IMG/VR virus record: IMGVR_UViG_3300037248_000128
Coordinates: 1 to 59,642 of that record
Strand: one strand, 5' to 3'
From: a virus
Taxonomy: Duplodnaviria; Caudoviricetes
DNA: 59,642 bases
Part shown: positions 18,773 through 28,746 of the stretch, in pieces
Numbering within the stretch: the first letter of the stretch is position 1
How the letters are laid out: each line of letters opens with the position of its first letter
Notes under the pieces: model-generated
The model's database searches: none
Seen by the model: only the letters and a program-made list of their open reading frames with translations
What the model was told of the DNA's origin: nothing
Program-made: the position numbers and the translations under genes

Positions 18773-19494
18773 AGCGGCAACAGTTCCGCAATCCGGTCAC
18801 GCGCGATTTGCGCCATCTCCGGGTCGATTTCGCAACCGACATAGCGGCGGCCCGCCATCGCTGCAGCCTCGCCCGCCGCACCTGACCCCGCGAAGAAGTC
18901 ACCGACCAGCCCGCCAGCAGGGCAAGACGTGCGAATCAGGATTTCCAGCAGCGCCGACGGCTTCTCTGTGGGGTGCAGCGCGCGACCGTGGCGCGAACGC
19001 ATGTAGATCACTGAGCGAGCGATACGCGGGCCGCCGTCAACGCTGGCGTACGGAACGGCGTCGATCTTGCCCATGTGAGTCGGGCGACCCTTGCGGCGGC
19101 GAACCTCGCGCGCCACGGCATCGGGGGTGGTCTGAACCTCGTTGAAGACATCGGCCCAAGCGGCGTCGTCGCGATAGAATTGGACTGCGTGCTCATGCAC
19201 CCGCTTGAAACGGTCAGCATGGAAGCCGGACCCGTTGTGCTTTTCCCACACGATGTCTTGGGCGAAGCGCCAGCCAGACGGCACGCCTTGCGTCAAAAAG
19301 CAACGCATGGATCCGAACACCCACATGGAACCGGTCGGCTTCAGCGCCTCGCGCGCCGCATCGGCCCACATGCTGACTTTGCGATCCCAGCCCAGCGAGG
19401 TTTCGCCGTAGGGCGGGTCGGCGATGATCATGTCAAACGGGCCATGCGCCGCCATCGCTTCGCGGCAATCGCCAACGATCAGCCGGACGCTCAC
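18757..19494 (-). CDS. DNA N6-adenine/N4-cytosine methyltransferase (beta class)
   Basis: DPPY, HPTEKP, DFFAGSG motifs. Confidence 0.92.
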   Translation of the reverse strand: MSVRLIVGDCREAMAAHGPFDMIIADPPYGETSLGWDRKVSMWADAAREALKPTGSMWVFGSMRCFLTQGVPSGWRFAQDIVWEKHNGSGFHADRFKRVHEHAVQFYRDDAAWADVFNEVQTTPDAVAREVRRRKGRPTHMGKIDAVPYASVDGGPRIARSVIYMRSRHGRALHPTEKPSALLEILIRTSCPAGGLVGDFFAGSGAAGEAAAMAGRRYVGCEIDPEMAQIARDRIAELLPLCLTP

Positions 19495-19676
19495 AGCCAG
19501 CCCTTCGCGCCTAGCCAGCAGCGCACGTAGCGCCAGCGCCACCAAGGGAAGACCTTGCGGTCTTGCATCAGAAAATAGAGCGAGACCGCGTACAGCTCAC
19601 GCTTCGTCGGGAACATCTCGTTCGGGATCGTGTACGCGTAGAAGGTCTTCATCTTCACACCGCCGTCGTCGCTCAC
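19491..19676 (-). CDS. Hypothetical protein
   Basis: Overlaps both neighbours. Confidence 0.5.
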   Translation of the reverse strand: MSDDGGVKMKTFYAYTIPNEMFPTKRELYAVSLYFLMQDRKVFPWWRWRYVRCWLGAKGWL

Positions 19677-20227
19677 TCTACCGCCTTCACGATCACGTCG
19701 ACTCCCGCTGTCTCAATCAGCGGCAAGTCGTAATCGTCCTGTCTGCGAGGCGCTGGCGTCACTCGATAGCCGTACAGCGCGATCAGCGCCGCCTCTGCGC
19801 GGCCGTCGTGCTTCTTCAGAGGCCAATTGGACGAGTGCCGCGGCAACAGCACCGAGGCGCGCGCTCGAGCCCCGTCCTTGTCCTTCGGCACCGCCAGAAG
19901 CTTCTTCCACGCCATCGGCGACACGCGCTCAATCACGAGCTTGTTGGCCGCGCAGACGCCGTAGAGAAGCCCGAACGTCTTGCCGAACGAGAACGTCGAT
20001 GCGAGCCCGCCGCCTGGCATTGGCGTCGAGTTTTCGATGAAGACGGTCGGCCGCAGCTTCGCCATCCAAAGGATCAGGTCGACCAACGCCTGAACGTCAA
20101 CCTCGCGCTTGTTCTTCGCGTTGCGCGTCAGCAAGAGCGTGGGCACGTCTCGCACGTCAAGGCGATCGGTCGCCGGGTCGTAGAGGGCGAGGGCGCCGCT
20201 CAAGCCGGGATCGATGCCGAGGATCAC
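19673..20227 (-). CDS. RuvC-like Holliday junction resolvase
   Basis: ILGIDPGLSGA, VFIE, FSFG, WKK, DGRAEAALIA. Confidence 0.85.
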   Translation of the reverse strand: MILGIDPGLSGALALYDPATDRLDVRDVPTLLLTRNAKNKREVDVQALVDLILWMAKLRPTVFIENSTPMPGGGLASTFSFGKTFGLLYGVCAANKLVIERVSPMAWKKLLAVPKDKDGARARASVLLPRHSSNWPLKKHDGRAEAALIALYGYRVTPAPRRQDDYDLPLIETAGVDVIVKAVE

Positions 20228-20520
20228 GCGGCGTCCGGCTCGGCAGCGTCGAGCATGTCGAGGATGCGCCCGCTGATGGCGACGCGATACATCGCGATCT
20301 GATCCTGTTCGGACTTTAGCGCGAGTTGGTCCTTGCGTTCCTCGGCGATGGCCTTGCGGAGAATCTTGGTCTCGAATCCCGCCTCCTTGGCCTCGTGGAA
20401 AACCTCGCGAAGGTCTTCGTTCACCGCGTCGCGATCATTGAGCAAATTCATCGCGCGCTCAGCCAGCGCCTTAAGCTGGCCGGCAGCTTGGCCGCTCAGC
20501 ACGCCCGGTTCGTCATCCAT
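20224..20520 (-). CDS. GapR/DUF2312-family DNA-binding protein
   Basis: QLKALAER...DLREVFHEAKEAGFETKILRKAI. Confidence 0.85.
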   Translation of the reverse strand: MDDEPGVLSGQAAGQLKALAERAMNLLNDRDAVNEDLREVFHEAKEAGFETKILRKAIAEERKDQLALKSEQDQIAMYRVAISGRILDMLDAAEPDAA

Positions 20521-20719
20521 TGGTCGACTCCTTGATGAAGTAGATGGTCTTGCGCTCAAGGCCGAGCGCGTCCAGCACGCGGTCTGAGGGCATCGCCTCG
20601 CCGCTCTTGATTCGGCTCAGATAGGCTGGCGAAATGCCGATTTGCGCGGCCAGCGTCGCCGCAGAGCCAACGCGGGCTTCTGCTTGTTGCAGCAAGACTA
20701 TCATCTGCTCGTGATCCAT
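20513..20719 (-). CDS. Cro-like HTH regulator
   Basis: LAAQIGISPAYLSRIKSG; next to the divergent intergenic region. Confidence 0.8.
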   Translation of the reverse strand: MDHEQMIVLLQQAEARVGSAATLAAQIGISPAYLSRIKSGEAMPSDRVLDALGLERKTIYFIKESTNG

Positions 20720-20820
20720 AGGCGCGGACGATAGGCTTAGCTAAATATTGCAGTCAATCGCAAATCGCGCTTGCAATCCACGCGAGAGGCGACTAGGTGG
20801 GGGCAGAGGTGGAGACGAGC

Positions 20821-21186
20821 ATGGGAATTTTCAGCGGGCGCGATCACGCCGAAACGACGCCAAGCGGTATGAACGTCGAGAATGTGCGGGAGGATGTGCC
20901 CGCTTTCGGTCGCCACTATTCCGCTCAGTTGGACGATGGCCGTTCGATCAAGGTCACCATGAAGACCTTCATGGGCTCGCGCATGTGCGACGGCGAGCTC
21001 GATCAGGCGTTTGGTCGATGGGTGTTGTTCGATCCCCACGCCATAGCCGACAAAATGCTCGACCCGAACCTCGTTCCGAAAGTTAAGGCGGCGTGCGAGG
21101 AAATTTTTGCGCTCGACCGCGCTTACATGGCGTCGAATCGGCCAGAGTTCGTGGATGAGCACGGCACGACATGGCGCCGAGACTGA
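20821..21186 (+). CDS. Hypothetical protein
   Basis: GGAG RBS, first gene of the rightward operon. Confidence 0.65.
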   Translation: MGIFSGRDHAETTPSGMNVENVREDVPAFGRHYSAQLDDGRSIKVTMKTFMGSRMCDGELDQAFGRWVLFDPHAIADKMLDPNLVPKVKAACEEIFALDRAYMASNRPEFVDEHGTTWRRD

Positions 21187-21410
21187 CCCCCCGCGATCAG
21201 AACCTCGCCAAGATGCAGGCGTTCGTCCGCCAGATGAGAATCAACGCGGCGAAGCAGCCCGATCCCGACGCCTTCTTGATGAGTTGGCACACGGAGTTGG
21301 GGCTGCTCATGTCGCATTTGCCTAGTGACGCGCGCGAGTTGGAAGGTCTTACAGCTTGGGACCTCGGGGAGGCGCAGATTGCGCTGATTAAGCCGCTGGT
21401 GAACGCATGA
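21171..21410 (+). CDS. Hypothetical protein
   Basis: 79 aa, coupled to next gene. Confidence 0.55.
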   Translation: MAPRLTPRDQNLAKMQAFVRQMRINAAKQPDPDAFLMSWHTELGLLMSHLPSDARELEGLTAWDLGEAQIALIKPLVNA

Positions 21411-21958
21411 GCGAGGAACGCTGGTTGCCGGTCGTCGGGTTCGAGGGTCTGTACGAGGTAAGCGACTTCGGGCGTGTGCGCAGCCTGGACCGGCTAGCGA
21501 CATACACCACGCCGAAGGGCACGGTGGTGATCCGTCGCCACAAGGGAGTCCTTCTCAAGCCGGGCATAGCGAGCAACGGCTATCCACTTGTCGTTCTCGG
21601 AAAAGGCAACAGTCGTCTTGTGCACGCCCTTGTACTGACAGCGTTTGTCGGCCCGCCCGCCCCTGGGTTCGAGGTTTGTCACGCCGACGGCACTCGCACG
21701 AATAACTGCCTAACGAACCTCCGCTGGGGCACGCGAACGGACAACATGCGAGATGCAGTTCGGCACGGGACGGCGAACGGCTACTCGTCACCCGGTTCCA
21801 CGAACGGAAGCTCGGTACTGACCGAGGGCGACATTCCCCTGATCCGACAATTGGTGCGCAGCGGGCTTCGCTACACCGAAATCGCGCCTAGGTTTGGTGT
21901 CGGGCCCGACACGATCGGGCTTATCGCCCGCGGTCGTACATGGAGCCATGTGCCGTGA
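21407..21958 (+). CDS. NUMOD4-HNH homing endonuclease
   Basis: ERWLPVVGFEGLYEVSDFGRVRS; VCHADGTRTNNCLTNLRWGT..DN. Confidence 0.92.
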   Translation: MSEERWLPVVGFEGLYEVSDFGRVRSLDRLATYTTPKGTVVIRRHKGVLLKPGIASNGYPLVVLGKGNSRLVHALVLTAFVGPPAPGFEVCHADGTRTNNCLTNLRWGTRTDNMRDAVRHGTANGYSSPGSTNGSSVLTEGDIPLIRQLVRSGLRYTEIAPRFGVGPDTIGLIARGRTWSHVP

Positions 21959-22947
21959 GCCTCAACATCATCAAGTGGAACGGTAACCCGATAAGTGAGC
22001 CGGGGATTTACTCGCACGTCCCGATCCTCACGTATCATGGCCCGGGCCTATGCGTCGGCCCCTCAATTAGCTCTTCCGGGTTGCGTACGATCTTCAGCGA
22101 CTCGCCGATGCAGTACTGGATCCGGTCGCCCTATAACCCGCAGCGCCTCACCGAAGAGGAAAGCCGCGCGTTGATTCTCGGACAAGCTGCACACCACCTC
22201 TGTTTGGGCGAGGTCAACTTTAAGAAGGTCTTCGTCGTACGCCCCGACGAGTACCCCGATCAACGAACTGGCGAACTCAAGAAGTGGACCCGGGCCGCCA
22301 ATTACTGCAAGGCGTGGGAAGCCGAGAAAGCGGCCGCAGGGCTTGCGATTCTCACGCCCGCCGAGTTGGAAACGATTAAGGGGATCGCCGGCATCTTGCC
22401 GTGGCAGAAGGGTCTTGAGGACTCCGGGCTGCTGAACAACGCCGTGGTTCGCGCGGGTGCTCTGCAGGGCCTCGTTGAGCACACGATAATCGCCTACGAC
22501 AAAGAGACCGGAGTGTATCTGCGCGCCAGGCCGGACGTGATTCCGACCGCCAGTACCGAGGCGGTCGACCTGAAAACGACGGCGGCGATTGATGACCGCA
22601 GTCTCCAACGCACCCTCGATGACTATAGGTATGATTTCCAAGCCAGTTTGATTAGCCGGTGCCTTGAACAAGCGGCCGATTTCCGCCTCACCAATTTCGC
22701 GCTCGTCTTCGCCTGCAAGAGTCCGCCATACGAAGTCGCCGTCCGCGAACTGAAGCCGTTCGACATGGACGAAGCCGCCAAGGACGTACAGGCCGCCATC
22801 CGCACGTTTGCCCTCTGCATGGAGCGCGGGAAGTGGCCAGGCGTCGGCGGCGGCGAGACAGACGCTAAGTACCTCGAACGCTCCGAATGGAGCCGACAGC
22901 GCGCCGCTGAACGGCGCACGCAGCTCGCGCGGGACATCTTCGGATGA
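21955..22947 (+). CDS. RecE/exonuclease VIII-like PD-(D/E)XK nuclease (DUF3799)
   Basis: ISSSGLR, GQAAH, RARPD, VDLKTT, YDFQA. Confidence 0.85.
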   Translation: MSLNIIKWNGNPISEPGIYSHVPILTYHGPGLCVGPSISSSGLRTIFSDSPMQYWIRSPYNPQRLTEEESRALILGQAAHHLCLGEVNFKKVFVVRPDEYPDQRTGELKKWTRAANYCKAWEAEKAAAGLAILTPAELETIKGIAGILPWQKGLEDSGLLNNAVVRAGALQGLVEHTIIAYDKETGVYLRARPDVIPTASTEAVDLKTTAAIDDRSLQRTLDDYRYDFQASLISRCLEQAADFRLTNFALVFACKSPPYEVAVRELKPFDMDEAAKDVQAAIRTFALCMERGKWPGVGGGETDAKYLERSEWSRQRAAERRTQLARDIFG

Positions 22948-23189
22948 GGATCGGTCGCTACGACCCGTCGAAGCCGCACAAGCCTCGGTCCGATAAGCAG
23001 AACGAGCAGTTCCGCCTCGCGCGTGTTCGCGGCCTTTGGTTTCACGCCTACATGCTGACAGGCGAGCGCCGCGAGGCGATGCAGCAAATCGTCGACGACG
23101 AACTGACCGCGCACGGCGGCGAAAGCCAGACTGATCGCGCTCGACGCCAGCGCGCCGAACTAGAAGCTCGATTTGGAAAGGACCACTGA
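22944..23189 (+). CDS. Hypothetical protein
   Basis: Coupled between recE-like and recT-like genes. Confidence 0.6.
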   Translation: MRIGRYDPSKPHKPRSDKQNEQFRLARVRGLWFHAYMLTGERREAMQQIVDDELTAHGGESQTDRARRQRAELEARFGKDH

Positions 23190-24727
23190 TGACCGACGCC
23201 CAACTACCCGCCGTAGCCGAGAAGCCCAAGCCGCAGATCGCTGGCGGCGGCGCCGTGGTCGCGCTCGTGCCACAGACGCTCGACGAGGCGTATCGGCTGG
23301 CGGACGCGATGTCGCGCTCCGGGCTCATGCCGAGCAGCTTCAAATCACCCGAGGCGGTGATGGTCGCGATCATGGCCGGCGCCGAACTCGGCTTCGCTCC
23401 TTTTCAATCTTGCCAGAGTCTGGCTGTGATTTCCGGGCGGCCCGTACTTTTCGGCGATGCGATCCCGGCCCTGATTTGGTCGAACGGCTTCAAGCTCAAG
23501 GAGTGGTTCGAGAACGAGGCGGCTGACTACCCCGACGAGATGGCCGCGGTCTGCGAAATCACGCGCCCTGACGGCCAAGTGATTGCGGGGCGGTTCTCGG
23601 TCGCGGACGCGAAGGAAGCGCGCCTGTGGTCCAAAGATGGGCCGTGGCAGACCGCCAAGAAGCGGATGCTAAAAATGCGAGCCCGGAGCTTTGGCGCCCG
23701 AGACGGTGCCGCCGACTTGCTCCGCGGTCTGTTTGTCGCAGAGGAAGCCCAGGACATCCCGCCCGCCGCCGACAACGGGGCCGGAACTGGCATGGTCGGC
23801 CGCCTGCAAGCCCGAGAGGTCAACGTCGATCCCGACGTACTGAACGTCCGCGAGATCGCCAACGCGGTCGACGGCCAGCCCAAGCGCCGCACCCGCCGCA
23901 CGAAGGCGCAGATCGACTTGGACGGACGAGTGGCCGCGTTCCTCAATCTACTGCCGAGCGACGAGCCCATGCCAAGTGCAGAGTACGTCGCCGAGAAGAT
24001 CGACGCGCCGCTGGCCGATGTGATCGAGTCGCTACAGCGCCAAGACATCGAAGTGGTCGGTGCGCCCGACGCTGGCTCGCACATGGAGAACGAGATCGAA
24101 GCAGAATTTGAAGCAGGAGGCGAAGATGCAACGGACGTCGGGAAAGCCGGCGAGCAGTCGACCCCGGTGGAGACGCCGGGGGAGCCTGCCCCCGCTGCGG
24201 AACCTCCCGCAGAGCCGTCGCCCCAAACGCCGTACGCTGTCGGTGACGAAGTGACCTACGCCAACGGCGAGTCTGGCACGATCGTAGGCACCATGGAGTC
24301 AGAACCCGAGCCTGCGGAGGAAGCTGAAGTCGACGAGGGGGAGCCCTCCCCTCCTACCTCCGCCGCCTCGCCGGGCCCGGTTGACCTCTACCGCATGGCC
24401 TTGGCGAATGCTGGGGACTTCGCGAGCGTGCGCGGCATCGTCACCGAGTTCCGCAAGACGACAGCGTTCGGCGACATGGACGCGAGCGAGCGGATCGAAG
24501 TGAACAGGGCTGCCGTCGAACGTCTCAACGATCCGAGCGTCATCGGCGTCCCCGGCGTCGACCAGAACGTCTGGCTGTTCTCGCTCTGGATGGCGACCGC
24601 GGACAACGAGGCGGTCGCGCAGCGGTTCGAGATGCTCAAGCAATCTGGCGACTGGCAGGCGATCCCGCCCGAGCGGCAGGCCATCATCGCCAGCGCCGTC
24701 CATGAGCGGACAGGAGCGATGCTATGA
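23189..24727 (+). CDS. RecT-like single-strand annealing protein with long acidic C-terminus
   Basis: AIMAGAELG..P.QS..ISGRP, GPWQ...RML.MRAR.F..RD...DLLRGL..EE. Confidence 0.8.
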   Translation: MTDAQLPAVAEKPKPQIAGGGAVVALVPQTLDEAYRLADAMSRSGLMPSSFKSPEAVMVAIMAGAELGFAPFQSCQSLAVISGRPVLFGDAIPALIWSNGFKLKEWFENEAADYPDEMAAVCEITRPDGQVIAGRFSVADAKEARLWSKDGPWQTAKKRMLKMRARSFGARDGAADLLRGLFVAEEAQDIPPAADNGAGTGMVGRLQAREVNVDPDVLNVREIANAVDGQPKRRTRRTKAQIDLDGRVAAFLNLLPSDEPMPSAEYVAEKIDAPLADVIESLQRQDIEVVGAPDAGSHMENEIEAEFEAGGEDATDVGKAGEQSTPVETPGEPAPAAEPPAEPSPQTPYAVGDEVTYANGESGTIVGTMESEPEPAEEAEVDEGEPSPPTSAASPGPVDLYRMALANAGDFASVRGIVTEFRKTTAFGDMDASERIEVNRAAVERLNDPSVIGVPGVDQNVWLFSLWMATADNEAVAQRFEMLKQSGDWQAIPPERQAIIASAVHERTGAML

Positions 24728-24969
24728 CGATAAGCCCAGTCGATCTCCGCGATCCCGTTGACGTGCACATCGCCGCCCGTCTTCGGGCTCGGCGCCAAGA
24801 ACTGCACATCAGCCAAGGCAAGCTCGGCGTTGTGTACGGCGTCTCCTACCAGCAGACTCAAAAACACGAGACGGGCGCGAACCGCTTGCTCGCCTCGCAG
24901 CTCTGGCTGATCGCTCAAGCGCTCGGGGTGCCGATCGACTACTTCTTCGAGGGGTTGGGCGCGCCTTGA
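24724..24969 (+). CDS. XRE-family HTH regulator
   Basis: DVHIAARLRARRQEL.ISQ.KL...VSYQQ.QKHE.G.NR. Confidence 0.85.
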   Translation: MTISPVDLRDPVDVHIAARLRARRQELHISQGKLGVVYGVSYQQTQKHETGANRLLASQLWLIAQALGVPIDYFFEGLGAP

Positions 24970-25388
24970 TTCAAGATCCCGACCTCCGCGCTGCCCGCGA
25001 CATCATCCGCGCAGACAACCGCTCTCGTGCGCGCGCGAGGAAGGCGGAGAGAGAAAAGCGGTCGGCGCCGACGGGAGAGGGCCAGCGGAGGCCGAGAGTG
25101 CGCGAGCCGGCCTATCTAGCGTGGCTCAGGAGACAGCCGTGCGTCTTCGCGTTCACCGGACAGTGCGAAGGGCCAATCCAAGCCTGCCACATCCGAACGA
25201 GTCCGCCAGGCCAGCCGCCGACCGGTCTACAGACGAAGCCTGACGATCGCCGCGCGTGGTCCGGTTGTGCGAAACATCACGCCGATCAGCACGGCATGGC
25301 AGAACTGCGCTTTTGGGCCGCCTACGGGCTGGACCCCTACGAGACGGCCGAAAGGCTGCACGCTCAATTCGAGAGAGGTGACCCATGA
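24966..25388 (+). CDS. DUF968-like protein
   Basis: YLAWLRRQPC...ACHIR...KPDD...C..HH.DQH..E..FW. Confidence 0.7.
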   Translation: MIQDPDLRAARDIIRADNRSRARARKAEREKRSAPTGEGQRRPRVREPAYLAWLRRQPCVFAFTGQCEGPIQACHIRTSPPGQPPTGLQTKPDDRRAWSGCAKHHADQHGMAELRFWAAYGLDPYETAERLHAQFERGDP

Positions 25389-25726
25389 CCGACAACGCGC
25401 GAACGGAACAGCCAGTTAGAGTGCAGCGTAAGCGTACGAAGGGCTGGCGGATGCCTGAGAACACAGTCTACGTCGGTCGTCCGACAAAATGGGGAAACCC
25501 GTTCAGAGTTGGTTGGGCCAACGCCTACACTGGCGGTCGGCCCGTGCAGGATAAGCGCCACGCCTTCGTGCTTTACCGTTCCGTCGCGCCCGACAACGAA
25601 ACGCTGGTGACCGCCGCTCGCGCGGAGCTTCGTGGCAAGAACCTCGCGTGCTGGTGTCCCGTCTCGCTCTACTCCAACGACGGCTGCCACGCCAATGTGC
25701 TCTTGGAGATCGCAAATGCCGACTGA
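25385..25726 (+). CDS. DUF4326 protein
   Basis: VYVGRPTKWGNPF...LRGKNLACWC...CHANVL. Confidence 0.88.
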   Translation: MTDNARTEQPVRVQRKRTKGWRMPENTVYVGRPTKWGNPFRVGWANAYTGGRPVQDKRHAFVLYRSVAPDNETLVTAARAELRGKNLACWCPVSLYSNDGCHANVLLEIANAD

Positions 25727-26411
25727 CCCTAACGCGCGAACGGAACAGGTGGCCACGGACGTACAGGGGATGGTGGAGGAACAGCCCCGAGATCGCGCCA
25801 TCGTCACAGAGGCGCGGCAATTCGCCCATGCGAAGTTCAACGGCAGAGTGGCCAAGGCGAAGGAACTCATCCGTCGTCTCGCTGACACCATAGAACAACA
25901 GGCCCACCGAGAGGTTCAGTGGCATAGCGGCCTCTCTAAGGCTGGGCGAACTATCCTTGATCTAACCGCGCGCGCTAACAGAGCGGAAGCAGCTCTCGAA
26001 TCCTCCCAATCCCCCAGCCCGGTGTCGGAGAAGCAGAGCGCGAACGGAGTTATCTCGATTAAGGCGGAACTGGAACGCGCCAGAAACTACATGGCGGATG
26101 CGAAGGATATGGTTGGAACCCCTGCTGGAACGCGAGCGAGTTGTTGTGATGCGCTGGGTTGTATTGAACGCGCTGAATACGCTCTCTCCGCTCAACCCCC
26201 TGTATGGACGCCAACCGACGAACAGGGCGCGATGGTGAGGGAGGCGCTCACGAAGGCCGCTGGCTGGTTTCGTGACTATCAGCGACAGCACAAGGCTAAG
26301 GGAACGTCCGAAGGTGATGTAAAGGCCGCGACGAACGCCGCCCGCGCCATCATGTGCGAGTCTGTGCTCCTCGCCCTCAACCCGCTCAGTAAGGGGAACG
26401 CAGATGCTTAG
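25716..26411 (+). CDS. Hypothetical protein
   Basis: Coupled ORF, 231 aa. Confidence 0.6.
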   Translation: MPTDPNARTEQVATDVQGMVEEQPRDRAIVTEARQFAHAKFNGRVAKAKELIRRLADTIEQQAHREVQWHSGLSKAGRTILDLTARANRAEAALESSQSPSPVSEKQSANGVISIKAELERARNYMADAKDMVGTPAGTRASCCDALGCIERAEYALSAQPPVWTPTDEQGAMVREALTKAAGWFRDYQRQHKAKGTSEGDVKAATNAARAIMCESVLLALNPLSKGNADA

Positions 26412-27075
26412 GGCGCTCGATCTGTTTTGCGGAGCGGGCGGGGCTTCAATGGGCTTGGCGAGGGCCGGGTTTGATGTGGTTGGCGTCGATCTTGTTCGGC
26501 AAGCCAACTATCCCTTTCCATTCGTCCAAGCCAATGCGCTCGAACCGCCGTTCGACCTGGGCGAGTTCGATCTTATCTGGGCGTCTCCGGTATGCAAGGG
26601 CTACAGCATTACCGCGAAGCTCTGGCCTGGCCGGGAGCACCCGATGCTGATCCCAGAGACGCGGGCCATGCTGAAAGCGTCTGGCGTGCCCTACGTGATC
26701 GAGAATGTTGTCGGAGCGCCGCTGGTCAATCCGCTCAGGCTTTGTGGGACGATGTTCGGCCTTCGGGTTTTCAGACACCGGCTGTTTGAGTCCAGCTTCT
26801 GGATGATGGAACCAAGTCACGCGGCACATCGCGGCACAACGAACTCTTCCCGCGCCTACAGCACGTTTGATAGCGGCGCGGACATGATCTGCTTGGCGGG
26901 ACACAACTTCCGCCGCACAGACGGCGCGAAGGCGATGGAGATCGATTGGCACACAACCCGCGACGAACTCGCCCAGGCCATCCCTCCCGCCTACAGCGAA
27001 TACATCGCCCGCGCCTTCATCGCCGAGAACTCTAACTCTCGCCAAGCCCTGAAGGACAACGCAGATGCCGGCTGA
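26404..27075 (+). CDS. DNA cytosine-5 methyltransferase (short form)
   Basis: LDLFCGAGG, WASPVCKGYS, IENV, RHRLFE, QAIPPAYSEYI. Confidence 0.88.
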   Translation: MLRALDLFCGAGGASMGLARAGFDVVGVDLVRQANYPFPFVQANALEPPFDLGEFDLIWASPVCKGYSITAKLWPGREHPMLIPETRAMLKASGVPYVIENVVGAPLVNPLRLCGTMFGLRVFRHRLFESSFWMMEPSHAAHRGTTNSSRAYSTFDSGADMICLAGHNFRRTDGAKAMEIDWHTTRDELAQAIPPAYSEYIARAFIAENSNSRQALKDNADAG

Positions 27076-27361
27076 CGAGAGCAAGAAAATGACAATCGAA
27101 ACCCTGGCCTACTTCAAGCACCACCCGGAAGCGTCCGACGACTTCTGCATCGAGGTCGATTGCATACGCGGCATGGCCTACGACGCGGCGAACGGCATCC
27201 GCTCTCAATGGCCCTTCTGGAGTCGCCTCTCTGCTGCTCTCGGCTGGGCGAGACGCAATCCAATGGCCGATGACTACATGGAAAGGGCTCACGCCCAGCT
27301 TGTCACGATCGAGCCTGACTACCAAGCCGGCCGCTTCGACGCAGCGAACTTTCGCCCATGA
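27065..27361 (+). CDS. Hypothetical protein
   Basis: Coupled ORF. Confidence 0.55.
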   Translation: MPADESKKMTIETLAYFKHHPEASDDFCIEVDCIRGMAYDAANGIRSQWPFWSRLSAALGWARRNPMADDYMERAHAQLVTIEPDYQAGRFDAANFRP

Positions 27362-27729
27362 CCGACCCGGCTGACGAGAGCGAGGAACTAGCGGAAGCGG
27401 TGGCGCATCTTACAATGTGGGCCTCAAGGCTTGAGGAGATACACCCGCTTGGCCACGGAGGCGCGAAGGGGATTCGCCGCCTCCTCTCCGCCCTCTCCGA
27501 CCGTGACAAGCGGATCAAGGCGCTGGAGGAAGGGCTGAGGCCGTTCGCCAAAGAACTGCCCGCGCCGTTCATTGGAACGCACGACACCGATCAGGTGTGG
27601 CTCAAACCCTGGCCCACATCTTACCTAAACGACACCCCAATCTACGCCGGCCAGCGTGTGGGCGACTTCCGCCGCGCCCGCTCCCTTCTCAAGTCTACGC
27701 CCGAAAGCATGGGGAACGCAGATGGCTAA
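27358..27729 (+). CDS. Hypothetical protein
   Basis: Shares VGDFRRAR with 28289..28582. Confidence 0.6.
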   Translation: MTDPADESEELAEAVAHLTMWASRLEEIHPLGHGGAKGIRRLLSALSDRDKRIKALEEGLRPFAKELPAPFIGTHDTDQVWLKPWPTSYLNDTPIYAGQRVGDFRRARSLLKSTPESMGNADG

Positions 27730-28036
27730 AAGAACCTACCACTGGTGTTCGGTTGGTCGGGCGCCCTTGGAGCCCTGCGCAGTTGACACAGATGTAGATA
27801 AGATGGGCCTGCCAACAAAACTGGCTTATACCTGCGGATGCGCTGATGCCTTCGATTTGAACAACCCTGACTGCAAGCTCGTATTGTATAGGTTGTTCGA
27901 CTGGGCGCATAGCGACAGTACGTCACAAGAACTATACCCGCCGGAGTTACCCGAAGGCATGGGCGGCAGGCGACAAGCAATCTCCCGTTCGCACGGTTGG
28001 AGACCCCCCCCAACGGGGAACGCAGATGGCGGGTGA
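27722..28036 (+). CDS. Hypothetical protein
   Basis: Bounded by repeated GGGGAACGCAGATG junctions; lower GC. Confidence 0.55.
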   Translation: MAKRTYHWCSVGRAPLEPCAVDTDVDKMGLPTKLAYTCGCADAFDLNNPDCKLVLYRLFDWAHSDSTSQELYPPELPEGMGGRRQAISRSHGWRPPPTGNADGG

Positions 28037-28253
28037 GGGATACGCAATCATCGATGCAAGCGGCTTGGATGTAGCGACCGTCTCGCCAGACCGACGAGGG
28101 GCCATCGTGAACTGGCTCGTCCGAAACGGGCTGTTCATCTCGGCGCGCATGTCCGACGAGGCCATAGAACTTGCGTGGGAAGATCGCAAAGGAACGGCCC
28201 GCTGCGTCATGGTCGATATCGAGGAACAGCCGTGGCCCGTCCTGAGCCGTTGA
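28026..28253 (+). CDS. Hypothetical protein
   Basis: Starts at the repeated junction. Confidence 0.55.
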   Translation: MAGEGYAIIDASGLDVATVSPDRRGAIVNWLVRNGLFISARMSDEAIELAWEDRKGTARCVMVDIEEQPWPVLSR

Positions 28254-28288
28254 GCGCGGAACTGCGGGCCGCTTTGGAGAGGGTGCCG

Positions 28289-28582
28289 ATGACCGAGCAA
28301 CCAGACTACGCGGGAGCGGTGGAGAGGGTGAGGGAAAGCCTCACGGACTACTACGGCGATATACCCAGCGTGGCGATGATCGAGCAGCAAGCCCTCGACC
28401 TCCGTCTCCTCCTGGCCCTGATCGAGAAATACGAGGAAGCGCTGAAGCCGTTCGCGGCGGTGCAAGATTGGCTGAATCTCGATACCCGAGGCGACCAAAG
28501 CATGTGCTCGCCAACCACCATAACCGTTGGCGACTTCCGCCGTGCTCGTGCTGCTTCTGCCCTTGTGAGAGGGGAGAGATAG
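28289..28582 (+). CDS. Hypothetical protein
   Basis: EEALKPFA...TVGDFRRAR. Confidence 0.55.
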   Translation: MTEQPDYAGAVERVRESLTDYYGDIPSVAMIEQQALDLRLLLALIEKYEEALKPFAAVQDWLNLDTRGDQSMCSPTTITVGDFRRARAASALVRGER

Positions 28583-28746
28583 ATGTCGCCTAGGCGCCGC
28601 CTCGCCCCGATGCCACCAGCCGGGAGGATGCTGCGGCGCTGGCGGGGGCTGATCGCTCATCGGCGCATGATGCCCGTCGCTCGCTGCTTCGGCTAGTGCT
28701 CAGGCGGCAGCTTTATGGGCGGGAAGGGATTGGGCATTCACGTCAG

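Noticed and set aside
20513-20820. Lysogeny module (integrase/CI)
   Set aside because: A Cro-like gene and a divergent region exist, but no integrase or CI-peptidase gene is recognisable in the window
26404-27075. Inactive C5-methyltransferase because of SPVC instead of SPPC
   Set aside because: The catalytic Cys and ENV motif are retained; the substitution alone does not indicate loss of function
28583-28746. Second pentamer array or ncRNA at the convergent strand switch
   Set aside because: No 5-nt register or convincing structure seen by eye
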